Source: Candidatus Eiseniibacteriota bacterium
GTDB taxonomy: Bacteria; Eisenbacteria; RBG-16-71-46; DASYSL01
Direction of reading: 5' to 3'
DNA: 64,000 bases
Assembly (NCBI GenBank): GCA_031431875.1
Contig: JANPEF010000082.1
Location: 1 to 64,000 of the forward strand
The translations under genes and the position numbers were made by a program. Below, one piece after another: positions 32,498 through 43,251 of the stretch (position 1 is its first letter; each line of letters begins with the position of its first letter). The notes below the pieces were generated by a model. That model had not been told where the DNA came from. It saw nothing but the letters and a program-made list of their open reading frames with translations, and did no database searches.

Positions 32498-35061
32498 TGA
32501 AGAAGTCGCGTGGACCCAAGGGACCGAGCGTGTTGCCCCGCTCCGCACAGGACAAGGAAGGCCGCCCGAAGCGCGGTCCGGCACCGCGCAGTGGTGGGGG
32601 CCGTGATGACGCGCGCCCGGCGCGTCCGGCGTCGAAGTTCACGCGCGACGGTGCGCGTCCGGCGCGTCCTTCGGGCCCGCGGCGGGATGACGCGCGTCCG
32701 GCACGTCCCGCGGGGCCACGCCGCGATGACACGCGCCCGGCCCGCCCGTCCGGCCCGCGCCGTGACGATGCACGTCCGGCGCGTCCCGCGGGCCCTCGTC
32801 GCGAGGGCGAGCGTTCGTACTCGCCGCGCACCACCCGCGATGACGTTCGCCCGGGCCGTCCGGCGCCGAAGTTCACCCGCGATTCCGCGCGCCCGGCGCG
32901 TCCGTCCGCCCCGCGCCGCGACGATGCACGTCCGGCACGTCCGTCGGGCCCGCGCCGCGAAGGCGAGCGTTCGTACTCGCCGCGCCCGCGTCGCGATGAC
33001 GCCGCACCGGCGCGTCCGACCTCGCGTTACCAGCGCGACGACGCGCGCCCAGCCCGGCCGCGCCCCGATGGCGACAAGCCGTACCGCCCGCGCGCGACCG
33101 GCGATGCCGCCCGCCCGGCCCGTGCGGCCTCGAAGTTCACGCGCGATGCCGCCCGTCCGGCCCGTCCCGCCGGCCCGCGTCGCGAAGGCGATCGTCCGTA
33201 CACGGCAAAGCCGCGTGGCGCGGGTGATCGTCCGTACACGGCAAAGCCACGGCGTGATGCCGGAGACCGCCCGGCGCGTCCCGGCGGCGCCCGGCCGTTC
33301 GCCAGTGCCCGCCCGGGAGCTGGAGCCCGCCCTGGAGCTGGCGCCCGTCCGGGAGCTGGCGCCCGTCCGGGAGCTGGAGCTCGTCCGGGAGCTGGAGCTC
33401 GTCCGGGAGCTGGCGCCCGTCCGGGAGCTGGAGCTCGTCCGGGAGGCGCGCGTTCGTTCGCCGGTGCCCGTCCGGAGCGTCCCGGCGCGCCTCGTGCCGC
33501 TGCCGGCCGCGGCTATCGTCCGCGGGACGAGTTCGACAACCCGCGCGAGGGGCGCCGCTTCGCCCGTCCGCAGCGCTTCGACGCGAAGACCGGCCTCGCC
33601 ATCGCCGAGGACGCGCCGCGTCCGAAGAGGGAGAAGCCGGGCCAGGCCGGCGGCGCGCCGAGTGCGGCCACGCCGAAGCGCGGCCCGAACGTCCGCGACC
33701 TCGCGTTGCAGGTCCTCTTCCAGGTGCAGGTCAAGCGCGCCTTTGCCGAGCGCATCATCGAGGACCTGGCGGAGCAGATGAAGCTCGACCGGCGCGACCG
33801 CGGCTTCATGAACGAACTGGTCAAGGGCACGCTGCGCCAGCGCGCGACGCTCGACTGGCAGCTCAATCGCTTCATGCACGTCGGCCTCAACTCGACGCCG
33901 GCGTGGATCCAGAACGCGCTTCGTCTGGGCGCCTACCAGCTGATCCACCTCGATCGGATCCCGCCCCGCGCGGCGGTCGACGAGACGGTCAAGCTGGCGC
34001 TCAAGTACGGGCACCCCGGCACCGCGGGTCTCGCCAACAGCGTGCTGCGGCGCATCGCCGAGGCGGTGAGCGTGGGTGATCTCGCGCTTCCGGCGCCGAC
34101 CAAGGACGACGGGACGCCGGACTACGACGCGCTGGTCGCGATCACGTCGCATCCGCGCTGGTTGCTCGAGCGCTGGGTGCCGCGCTACGGCGTCGACGGG
34201 ACGATCGCGCTGTGCGAAGCGAACAACCGTCACGCGCACCTGGGCCTGCGCGCCAATCGCCTGCGGCTCGACCGCAAGGAGCTGCTCAAGCGCCTGGAAG
34301 AAGCGGGTCTCAAGGGCACGCCGGGCAAGTACTGCGATCACACCGTGTGGGTCGAGGCCGACGCGGACTTCGCCGACTTCCCGAGTTATGCGCGCGGTGA
34401 CTGCACCGTGCAGGACGAGAGCGAAACGCTGGTCAGCCTGCTCGCTGCGCCGAAGTCCGGCGAGCGCATACTCGACCTGTGCGCCGCGCCCGGCGGCAAG
34501 AGCACCCACCTGGCCGAGCTGATGGGCGACACGGGCGAGATCGTGGCGGTCGAGAAGATGGCTCCGCGGGCCCGCACCATGAGCAAGCAGATCCTGCGGC
34601 TGGGCCTCAAGTCGGTGAAGGTCGAGGTGGCCGACGGCACGTCGGCGAACCTGCTGCTGCTCGGCGCGGGCGGGATGTACGACCGCGCCGTCGTCGACGC
34701 GCCGTGCTCGGGCCTGGGCGTGCTCGCCCGGCGGGCCGATGCGCGCTGGCGCAAGCAGTCGTCGCTGTTCGAGGAGATGACCGCAGTGCAGTCGGCGCTG
34801 CTGCGCGCCGCCGCCGAGGTGGTCAAGCCGGGCGGCGTCATCGTCTACAGCGTGTGCTCGTTCGAGCCCGAGGAGACCGACGAGATCATCGCCTCGTTCC
34901 TCGCGGGCAACCCCGAGTGGCGCAAGGATCACGCCGCGGCGTTCCTGCCCAAGGAAACTGTGGAAGAGGGTGGCTCGATGCGCGTGTTGCCGCACGTGCA
35001 CGGGATCGACGGTGCGTTCGCCGCCCGACTCGTGCGTTCGTCGCGGCCGGACGGGGAGTGA
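32494..35061 (+). CDS. rsmB: 16S rRNA m5C967 methyltransferase RsmB with a ~400-aa low-complexity N-terminal extension
   Basis: NusB-like domain (ELVKGTLR, LRLGAYQL), SHPRWL, QDE, LDLCAAPGGKS, VDAPCSGLG, YSVCS. Position after fmt. Confidence 0.92.
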   Translation: MMKKSRGPKGPSVLPRSAQDKEGRPKRGPAPRSGGGRDDARPARPASKFTRDGARPARPSGPRRDDARPARPAGPRRDDTRPARPSGPRRDDARPARPAGPRREGERSYSPRTTRDDVRPGRPAPKFTRDSARPARPSAPRRDDARPARPSGPRREGERSYSPRPRRDDAAPARPTSRYQRDDARPARPRPDGDKPYRPRATGDAARPARAASKFTRDAARPARPAGPRREGDRPYTAKPRGAGDRPYTAKPRRDAGDRPARPGGARPFASARPGAGARPGAGARPGAGARPGAGARPGAGARPGAGARPGAGARPGGARSFAGARPERPGAPRAAAGRGYRPRDEFDNPREGRRFARPQRFDAKTGLAIAEDAPRPKREKPGQAGGAPSAATPKRGPNVRDLALQVLFQVQVKRAFAERIIEDLAEQMKLDRRDRGFMNELVKGTLRQRATLDWQLNRFMHVGLNSTPAWIQNALRLGAYQLIHLDRIPPRAAVDETVKLALKYGHPGTAGLANSVLRRIAEAVSVGDLALPAPTKDDGTPDYDALVAITSHPRWLLERWVPRYGVDGTIALCEANNRHAHLGLRANRLRLDRKELLKRLEEAGLKGTPGKYCDHTVWVEADADFADFPSYARGDCTVQDESETLVSLLAAPKSGERILDLCAAPGGKSTHLAELMGDTGEIVAVEKMAPRARTMSKQILRLGLKSVKVEVADGTSANLLLLGAGGMYDRAVVDAPCSGLGVLARRADARWRKQSSLFEEMTAVQSALLRAAAEVVKPGGVIVYSVCSFEPEETDEIIASFLAGNPEWRKDHAAAFLPKETVEEGGSMRVLPHVHGIDGAFAARLVRSSRPDGE
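33313..33438 (+). repeat. 18-bp tandem repeat x7 encoding (PGAGAR)7
   Basis: Units ccgggagctggMgcYcgt, counted directly. Confidence 0.92.
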
Positions 35062-35065
35062 TCGC

Positions 35066-35875
35066 GTGAGCGACGAGCCGCGGGAGATGACGCCGCCGGA
35101 ACCGGAAACGGGTCCGGCGGTCGTCCCGCCGAAACGGCGGGGGCGTTTCGCTCGCTCGTTGCGCGCGTTCGTCGGCACGATCGTCGTCGCGGGCCTCGCC
35201 TTCATCACCGGGCTCCTGCTGTTCGATCGCGTCGTCATGCCGCGCTTCACCCGGCAGGCGGGCGACGTGATGGTGCCCGACCTGTCGAACCTGAACAAGC
35301 AGCAGGCCGAGTCGGTGCTGGCGCGCGGCGGATTGCAGCTCTCGGTCGCGGCCGAGCGCTTCGACGCTGCGGCGCCGCGCGGCTTCGTCATCGCGCAGGA
35401 TCCCGAGCCCGGCCGCCCCGTGCGGGCGGGCCGTCGCGTGTCGGTGACGATCTCGCTGGGCGAGGAGTTCGCCAACGTGCCCGAGTTGTTCGGCGAATCG
35501 CTGCGCGGCGCGCGCCTGTTGCTCAGTCGAGCGGGGCTGCGCGCCGGTGCGATCGGTCGCGTGATCACGTCTGAAACCGGTCCGGGCCTCGTCGTCGCGG
35601 CCGAGCCGGCGTTCGGCGCGGTCGTCCCGCGTGGAACGACGGTCAACCTGCTCGTCTGCGTGTCGAACGAACCCGAGGCGTTCGTCATGCCCGACCTGGT
35701 CGGCCGTGACGCACAGGCCGCGGAGCGTGACCTCGAGTCGCTCGGGTTTCGCGTCGACGTGAACGGGCCGGGTTCCAACTTCGCGCGCATCGAGTCGCAG
35801 AACCCGCCGCCGGGTGCCCGCGTGCTGCGCGGGCAGACGATCGTCCTGACCGTCGCCGGACGCCTCATCCAGTAG
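35066..35875 (+). CDS. Membrane-anchored triple PASTA domain protein
   Basis: TM segment, then VPDL, VPEL and MPDLVG repeats with VIAQDPEPG. Lies between rsmB and rpe. Confidence 0.88.
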   Translation: MSDEPREMTPPEPETGPAVVPPKRRGRFARSLRAFVGTIVVAGLAFITGLLLFDRVVMPRFTRQAGDVMVPDLSNLNKQQAESVLARGGLQLSVAAERFDAAAPRGFVIAQDPEPGRPVRAGRRVSVTISLGEEFANVPELFGESLRGARLLLSRAGLRAGAIGRVITSETGPGLVVAAEPAFGAVVPRGTTVNLLVCVSNEPEAFVMPDLVGRDAQAAERDLESLGFRVDVNGPGSNFARIESQNPPPGARVLRGQTIVLTVAGRLIQ

Positions 35876-35900
35876 TTCGACCGATCTCCGGGGGCCGCGC

Positions 35901-36725
35901 ATGCTCGTCTCGCCGTCGATCCTCTCCGCCGACTGGACCCGCCTCGACCACGCCGTGCGTCTCGCCGACGAGGGCGCCGACTGGCTGCACTGCGACGTGA
36001 TGGACGGACACTTCGTGCCCAACCTCACGTTCGGTCCACCGATGGTGGCCGCCCTCCATCGCATGACGAAGCTGCCGCTCGACGTCCACCTGATGATCGA
36101 CCAGCCGCTGCGCTATGCGCGCGCGTTCGCCGACGCCGGCGCGGCCGTGCTCACCGTGCACGCCGAGGCGCCCGGCGTCGCCGGCCCCGGCTGGCCCGCG
36201 CCCGTGCGCTCGCATGGCGAGGGCGGGGCGGGGGACGATGCGGCGGGTCCACCCGCTGCAGCCGCCGCGCCGCTGGCCGGAGGGGCACACCCGATCGACC
36301 TGCGCACGCTGCGCGCGACTCTCGAGGCCCTGCGCGCGCTCGGCGTGAAGCCCGGCCTCGCGCTCCGGCCCGACACCGGCATCGACGAGATCGAGTCCGT
36401 GCTCGACGTCGTCGACGTGCTGCTGGTCATGACCGTGTACCCGGGATTCAGCGGGCAGTCGTTCCTGCCCGCGCCGCTCGAGACCATTCGCCGCGCCGTC
36501 GGCGTGCGCCGCGCGCGCGGGCTGTCGTACCTGATCGAGGTCGATGGCGGCGTCGCGATCGAGGACACGGGCCCGCGCGTCGCCGCCGCCGGCGCCGACG
36601 TCGTGGTCGCCGGGCACGGCGTGTACCGGCAAGTCGATCCGGTCGCGGCGATGCGCGCCCTGCGCGCGCTCGAGGCGGGGGCGTATGCGCCGGGCGGCGA
36701 TGCCGACGGGGGAGACGCCGCATGA
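35901..36725 (+). CDS. rpe: Ribulose-phosphate 3-epimerase
   Basis: PSILSAD, HCDVMDGHFVPNLTFG, DVHLMI, MTVYPGFSGQ, EVDGG. Confidence 0.95.
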   Translation: MLVSPSILSADWTRLDHAVRLADEGADWLHCDVMDGHFVPNLTFGPPMVAALHRMTKLPLDVHLMIDQPLRYARAFADAGAAVLTVHAEAPGVAGPGWPAPVRSHGEGGAGDDAAGPPAAAAAPLAGGAHPIDLRTLRATLEALRALGVKPGLALRPDTGIDEIESVLDVVDVLLVMTVYPGFSGQSFLPAPLETIRRAVGVRRARGLSYLIEVDGGVAIEDTGPRVAAAGADVVVAGHGVYRQVDPVAAMRALRALEAGAYAPGGDADGGDAA

Positions 36726-37399
36726 GCGCCGGAGCCGGATCCGCCGAGCACGACGCGGTCGAGCCCGGCCGTGTCCCGGCCACGCGGCCCGCGAACTTCG
36801 GCCCGCCCGACGCCCTGCGCACGATCGTCACGAGCCCGCGCGCGACGGTGCGCTGGCTGCTCGATCACGGAGACGGGGGGTTGTGGGCGTACCTGCTCGT
36901 CGGGACGCTCGCATTCCTCACCGCGACGATCACGGCCGCGATGGAGTCGAGCCTCACGCTGGACCACCTGTATCTCATGGCACCCGGACTCGTCTTTCGC
37001 GTGGTACCCGTCTGCGCGCTCCTCCTCCTGATCTTTCTCGGTGGCACGTTGCTCGCCGGCCGGATCCTGGGTGGGGCGGCGCGGGGGAAAGACTCGATCC
37101 TCGCGATCGCCTGGGGCCTCATCCCGCTCGTCGCGGTCCTCCCGTTCGCGATCGCGCGGGCGCTTTTCGAATCCTCGCTACCGGGGCCGCTTGCCTCGGC
37201 CCTGGACTGTGTTGCAGTCGCGGCATCGCTGGCGGCGGCGGGGTTGACCGTTCCCACATTCGCCGAAGGCGAGCGCTTCTCCTCGAGGCGAAGCGTCGTC
37301 GCCCTCATGCTCGGGGTCACGATCGCCTGCGCGGTCCACGTGGTGACCGGGCTTCCCAGCGTGTACTTTCAATACCTCATCAGCGGCCGCGTGGGCTGA
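36722..37399 (+). CDS. Multi-pass membrane protein (Yip1-like)
   Basis: ATGA overlap, about five hydrophobic segments, I..SPR.T N-terminal motif. Confidence 0.6.
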   Translation: MSAGAGSAEHDAVEPGRVPATRPANFGPPDALRTIVTSPRATVRWLLDHGDGGLWAYLLVGTLAFLTATITAAMESSLTLDHLYLMAPGLVFRVVPVCALLLLIFLGGTLLAGRILGGAARGKDSILAIAWGLIPLVAVLPFAIARALFESSLPGPLASALDCVAVAASLAAAGLTVPTFAEGERFSSRRSVVALMLGVTIACAVHVVTGLPSVYFQYLISGRVG

Positions 37400-37407
37400 G
37401 TCGCGAC

Positions 37408-38181
37408 GTGACTGCATCGCCACTCGCCCGCCTCGAATCCCGCGTCGTCGCCTGCCGCGCCTGTCCGCGCCTGGTCGCCTGGCGCGAGGAAACCGCGCGC
37501 GTGAAGCGCCGCGCGTACCGAGACGAGACGTACTGGGGCCGGCCTGTCCCCGCGTTCGGTGACGTCGACGCGCAACTGCTGCTCGTGGGCCTCGCTCCCG
37601 CTGCGCACGGCGGCAACCGCACCGGGCGCATGTTCACCGGCGACTCCTCGGGAGACTGGCTGTACGACGCGCTGCATGCGCACGGGTTCGCCAGCCAGGC
37701 GACCTCGACCAGTCGCGACGACGGCCTCAGTCTCACAGACACGTTCATCACCGCCGCCGCCCGCTGCGCGCCGCCCGACAACAAGCCGACGCCCGACGAG
37801 TTCGCGGCCTGCCGCCCGTTCCTCGTGGCCGAACTGGGGCTGCTGGGCGAAGTTCGCGTCGTCGTCGCGCTCGGCGCTCTGGCGTGGGAGCACGCGCTGC
37901 GCGCGTATGAGGAGCGTGGCGGACACGTGAAAACGCCGCGCCCGAAGCATGGGCACGGCGTCGAGATCGCTCTGGATGGAATCGCCGGGGACACCTTTGC
38001 CGGCGGGCGGGCGATCACGCTGCTCGGCTCCTACCACCCGAGCCGGCAGAACACGCAAACCGGCCGCCTGACGCGGCCGATGCTCTACGCCGTCTTCGCC
38101 CGCGCGCGCGACCTGCTGCCCGACTCGTCGGCCCGCGCGGCGGCCATGAAGGCGCGCACACGCTCGACGTCGACCGGCTGA
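37408..38181 (+). CDS. Uracil-DNA glycosylase family 5 (UdgB-like, 4Fe-4S)
   Basis: CRACPRL, YWGRPVP, GLAPAAHGGNRTGRMFTGDSSG, CAPPDNKP, YHPSRQNT. Confidence 0.92.
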   Translation: MTASPLARLESRVVACRACPRLVAWREETARVKRRAYRDETYWGRPVPAFGDVDAQLLLVGLAPAAHGGNRTGRMFTGDSSGDWLYDALHAHGFASQATSTSRDDGLSLTDTFITAAARCAPPDNKPTPDEFAACRPFLVAELGLLGEVRVVVALGALAWEHALRAYEERGGHVKTPRPKHGHGVEIALDGIAGDTFAGGRAITLLGSYHPSRQNTQTGRLTRPMLYAVFARARDLLPDSSARAAAMKARTRSTSTG

Positions 38182-38948
38182 TCGAGCTTCCCGTCGCGCT
38201 TGAACCACGTGCCGACGATCGCGCCGTGCGCCACGTCGAGCGTGGCGCGGATGGTCGCATCGTTCACGCCCGAGCCCACCAGCACCGGCGCCTCGGGGAC
38301 CGCGCGCCGCACCGCGGCGACGTCGCCCAGCGCGGCGGCCTTGCCCGTGCCCGCGCCGGTGACGATCAGGGCATCGGCAAGCCCGCGGCGGAACGTGTCC
38401 TCGGCCATCTGCGGCAAGAGCGTCTCGCGGTCGCCCGCCAGCGGCTGCGCATGCTTGACCAGCACGTCGGCGAGGATGGCGATGCGCGTCGCGCCCAGGC
38501 GGCGGCGCTCGGCCAGCGTCTCGGCGGCGCGGCCGGTGAGCACGCCCTGATCGGTGAGCATCGCGCCGGCATGCACGTTGACGCGGATGAAGTCACAGTC
38601 GGCCGCCGCCGCGATCGACAGCGCGGCGAGCGCGTCGTTGCGCAGCACGTTGACGCCCAGCGGCACCTTGACCACGCGGCGCAGCTCGCGCGCGATCGCG
38701 GCCATCGCCGCGACCGTTGCCGGCGGCACGTGATCGCCGTGGAACGGCGCGTCGCCGAAGTTCTCGACGATGATCGCGTCGATGCCGCCAGCCTCCAGCG
38801 CCCTGGCGTCGAACAGCGCGCCTTCGAGCGCGGCGCGCATCGCATCGGCGGCACGTTCGGGGGCGCGGGCGGAGCCGGGCAGGGGCGGCAGGTGGACGAC
38901 GCCGATCAGCGGACGGCGTTTCCAGTCGAGTGCGGACGGTGACGGCAT
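38085..38948 (-). CDS. BtpA/SgcQ family protein
   Basis: IGVVHL.PLPGS, ENFGDAPF, GVNVLRND, DFIRVN, ADVLVKHA, LADALIVTG..TG. RBS ggaggagg. Confidence 0.9.
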   Translation of the reverse strand: MPSPSALDWKRRPLIGVVHLPPLPGSARAPERAADAMRAALEGALFDARALEAGGIDAIIVENFGDAPFHGDHVPPATVAAMAAIARELRRVVKVPLGVNVLRNDALAALSIAAAADCDFIRVNVHAGAMLTDQGVLTGRAAETLAERRRLGATRIAILADVLVKHAQPLAGDRETLLPQMAEDTFRRGLADALIVTGAGTGKAAALGDVAAVRRAVPEAPVLVGSGVNDATIRATLDVAHGAIVGTWFKRDGKLDQPVDVERVRAFMAAARADESGSRSRARAKTA

Positions 38949-38981
38949 GGTTCCTCCTCCAGTCATCAACGGGGCGTCAAG

Positions 38982-39305
38982 TCAACGGGCTCGATAGCGG
39001 GAGTCGACCGACCACTTGAGCACGGTTCGCCAGTGAGTCTCGCGGAGGCGCTCGGGCATCGCCGGGAGGCCCGCGGCGATCAAACGGCTCTCCAGATCAT
39101 GCACGTGGATTCGCGCCGCGACCCGTGGTGACGATGGGAAGTCGTGACGCCGTGTCCGCCCGGCGATCCTCGCCTTCAGCGCACACTCCAGCGCATACCC
39201 CGCAAGGTCGTACGCCCCCGACCACTGCCCGGACCGGAACAGCAACTTGGACTCACGCAGGCGTTGTCGCGAGAGTCTCTGCAGGGCTCGTCGATTGAGC
39301 TGCAT
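38982..39305 (-). pseudogene. HEPN-domain protein, apparently C-terminally truncated
   Basis: RL.E.K.L...GAY.LAGYALECALKA.I..HDL..L..AGL..W...SRY, then a stop three codons later. Confidence 0.55.
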
Positions 39306-39405
39306 CGGGCTCGACCGCTCCACGGGGGCGGATTCTGCGGGGGCGGGATCACTCGGGCGCAGTCTACCATGGCCGCTGCCGCGCCCGCCCCGGCCGGATG
39401 CCGCC

Positions 39406-39434
39406 TTGTCCGGACCCGCCCCCCGTGATAGTCT
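39406..39434 (+). promoter_or_regulatory. Sigma70-type promoter TTGTCC-N17-TAGTCT with extended -10 TG
   Basis: Canonical spacing, 110 nt upstream of ffh. Confidence 0.55.
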
Positions 39435-39544
39435 GCGCACCGTCCATCCGGTCGCCGTCCGGAGCCCTTCGCGGCCCCGGTCGGCGTTCGTTTCTCCGCT
39501 CCGAATCCGTCTGAATCGTCGTTTCCGCGAAAGGCCGTCCCCGC

Positions 39545-40900
<1,356 letters not shown>

Positions 40901-40966
40901 GCCGCACGCGAACCCCTATCGTTGCGGGCCGTGTCGCGCCCGCGTTTCCCTGGAGGCAACACCGTC

Positions 40967-41383
40967 ATGGCCGTCGTCATTCGTCTGCGCCGCATGGGCG
41001 CCAAGAAGGATCCCAAGTTCCGCATCGTCGTCGCCGAGTCGAAGTCGCCCCGTGACGGGCGCTGCGTCGACGAGATCGGTCACTACAATCCGCAGCCCAA
41101 GGAAGCCGAGCTCAAGGTCGACGTCGAGCGCGCCACGTACTGGCTGTCGGTCGGCGCGACGCCTTCGGACCAGGTGAAGTCGCTGTTCAAGAAGGCGGGC
41201 GTCAAGCTGCCCGTTCGTGCCACCGCCAAGAAGGTGAAGAAGGCGGCTCCCGCCGCGGATGCGAAGAAGGCGAAGAAGGGTCCGCCCAAGCGCGTCGTCG
41301 CCAAGAAGGCGCGCGCCGCCGCCAAGGCCGCCGCGCCGAAGAAGGCCGCGAAGAAGGCGACGAAGAAGGACGCCAAGAAGTAG
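40967..41383 (+). CDS. rpsP: 30S ribosomal protein S16 with Lys/Ala-rich tail
   Basis: [34 protein letters not shown] ggagg. Confidence 0.96.
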   Translation: MAVVIRLRRMGAKKDPKFRIVVAESKSPRDGRCVDEIGHYNPQPKEAELKVDVERATYWLSVGATPSDQVKSLFKKAGVKLPVRATAKKVKKAAPAADAKKAKKGPPKRVVAKKARAAAKAAAPKKAAKKATKKDAKK

Positions 41384-41420
41384 CGTTACACGCGCCGCGC
41401 GGGGCGGCCGCGCTTTCCCC

Positions 41421-41446
41421 GGCGTTCCTCGCGCGCGAGGGACGCC
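41421..41446 (+). terminator. Stem-loop between rpsP and hemC (possible terminator or processing site)
   Basis: GGCGTTCCTCG/CGAGGGACGCC 11-bp stem with only a weak U-tract. Confidence 0.35.
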
Positions 41447-41464
41447 GTTCGCCCTGGAGGGTTC

Positions 41465-42406
41465 GTGAGCGCTTCGCGTCATCACCTGAAGCTCGGCGCC
41501 CGCGGCAGCGCGCTGGCTGTCGCGCAGGCCGAAGTCGTCGCGACCGCCCTCAAGGCGGCGCACAAGGGCCTCGACGTCACGATCGAGAAGATCGCGACGC
41601 AGGGCGATAGGGACCTCGACCGCCCGCTGCACCAGCTGGGCGGCAAGGGCGTGTTCACCAAGGAACTCGACGACGCGCTTCTCGAGGGGCGCATCGATCT
41701 CGCCGTCCACTCGCTGAAGGACGTGCCGACGGAGCTGCCCGAGGGCCTCGCGCTCGCGGCCGTCGGTCACCGCGCGCATCCGTTCGACGTGCTGCTCACG
41801 CTCGACGGTCGCATCCTCGACGAACTCGAGGAGGGCGCGAAGATCGGCACGTCGAGCCTGCGCCGTCGCGCCCAGCTCCTCCTCTACAATCCCGACCTCG
41901 AGATCGTCGATGTGCGCGGCAACCTCGAGACGCGATGGAAGAAGCTGCAGGCCGGGCAGGTCGACGCGCTGTGCCTCGCCGCCGCCGGGCTCGAGCGCCT
42001 GGGCTGGCAAGATCGCGTGAGCGAGATCTTCACCCAGGAAATCATGGTGCCCGCGGTCGGACAGGGCTTCCTCGCCATCGTCACGCGCGAGGACGACTCG
42101 AAGACGCGCTCTCTCGTCGAAGCCTACGAGGACCCGAAGGCCCGCATCGCGGCCGATTGCGAGCGCGGCTTCCTCGCGGCCCTGGGCGGTGGCTGCCAGG
42201 TGCCGGCCGGCGCGCTCGCCCAGGTGGTCGACAGCCAGGTCGTCATCGAGGGGATCATCGCCAGCCCCGACGGGATTCACGTCTATCGCGGCGATCACCA
42301 GGGCCGGAAAGCCACGGCCGCCGCGATCGGCAAGCGCCTCGCCATCGACCTCCTCGATCAGGGCGGCGATCGCATCGTCGCCCGGGCGCGCGCGCAGAAG
42401 GCCTGA
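41465..42406 (+). CDS. hemC: Hydroxymethylbilane synthase
   Basis: RGSALA..Q, GKGVFTKE, AVHSLKDVP, GTSSLRR, RGN..TR, GGCQVP. Confidence 0.96.
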   Translation: MSASRHHLKLGARGSALAVAQAEVVATALKAAHKGLDVTIEKIATQGDRDLDRPLHQLGGKGVFTKELDDALLEGRIDLAVHSLKDVPTELPEGLALAAVGHRAHPFDVLLTLDGRILDELEEGAKIGTSSLRRRAQLLLYNPDLEIVDVRGNLETRWKKLQAGQVDALCLAAAGLERLGWQDRVSEIFTQEIMVPAVGQGFLAIVTREDDSKTRSLVEAYEDPKARIAADCERGFLAALGGGCQVPAGALAQVVDSQVVIEGIIASPDGIHVYRGDHQGRKATAAAIGKRLAIDLLDQGGDRIVARARAQKA

Positions 42407-42408
42407 CG

Positions 42409-43251
42409 ATGTCCGATCCCGGGCCGCTCGCCGGGCGCACCGTCGTCGTGACGCGCACGCTCGCGCAGGCCGGCGAGCTGACCGACGCGCTGCGCCGCCT
42501 CGGTGCCCGTGTGCTCGAGGCACCGGTCGTCGAGCTGGCCGATCCGCCCGACTGGGCACCGTGCGACGCCGCGGTGGCCGCGCTCACGACCTATGACTGG
42601 ATCGCCTTCACCAGCGGTAACGCGGTCGATCGCTTCGTGGCTCGTGCTGCGCGCGCGGGCCGCGACGTCGCCGCCGTGCTCGCCGCGGTGCGCATGGGAC
42701 AGTCGGCCGGTCCCCGCGCCGCCGCGATCGGCGCCGCCACGGCGCGCCGCCTGTCCGCCCGGGGCATTTCCGCCGCGCTGACCGCGGACTCGGCCCGCGC
42801 CGAGGGCCTGTTCACCGCGCTCGAACGCCTGGGCGCCGCGCGACCGGGCCGCCGCGTCCTGGTCCCGCGCGCATTCGAGGCGCGCGAGACGCTGCCCGAC
42901 GCACTGCGCAGCGCGGGGGCCACGGTCGACGTCGTTCCGGTGTATCGTGTCGTCGCGACGGCCTACGACGCCGCGCCCGTGGCCGCCGCGCTGCGCGAGG
43001 GCCGGGTCGCCGCGATCACGTTCCTGAGCGGGAGTGCGGCGCGTGCTTTCGTCGTGGCGCTGGCGGCTGCCTCGTCGGCGGAGGAAGACCCGCCGGCTTT
43101 CGCCGGCGTTCAGGCCGTCGCCATCGGTCCCATCACGGCCGCGGTCGTGCGGGGGCTGGGATTCGAGCGGGTTCACGAGGCGACCGGCGCGGACATCGCC
43201 GCGGTCGCCGCCGCCGTCGTCATCGCCTGCGAGGAGGATTCGCCATCATGA
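42409..43251 (+). CDS. hemD: Uroporphyrinogen-III synthase
   Basis: [30 protein letters not shown]. Lies between hemC and hemB. Confidence 0.9.
   Translation: MSDPGPLAGRTVVVTRTLAQAGELTDALRRLGARVLEAPVVELADPPDWAPCDAAVAALTTYDWIAFTSGNAVDRFVARAARAGRDVAAVLAAVRMGQSAGPRAAAIGAATARRLSARGISAALTADSARAEGLFTALERLGAARPGRRVLVPRAFEARETLPDALRSAGATVDVVPVYRVVATAYDAAPVAAALREGRVAAITFLSGSAARAFVVALAAASSAEEDPPAFAGVQAVAIGPITAAVVRGLGFERVHEATGADIAAVAAAVVIACEEDSPS

Noticed and set aside
33313..33438. 18-bp tandem repeat as a CRISPR or iteron array
   Set aside because: There are no spacers, and variation is confined to synonymous positions of a PGAGAR peptide repeat.
38946..38984. HEPN-like ORF is in frame with the BtpA-family gene across a TGA (possible second readthrough)
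   Set aside because: No Cys-type context or SECIS-like hairpin, the downstream gene has its own strong RBS, and in-frame adjacency occurs one time in three by chance.
39306..39544. Possible SRP RNA gene next to ffh
   Set aside because: The conserved domain IV motif (CAGG..GGAA..AGCAG) was not found. The region is explained by promoter sequence.
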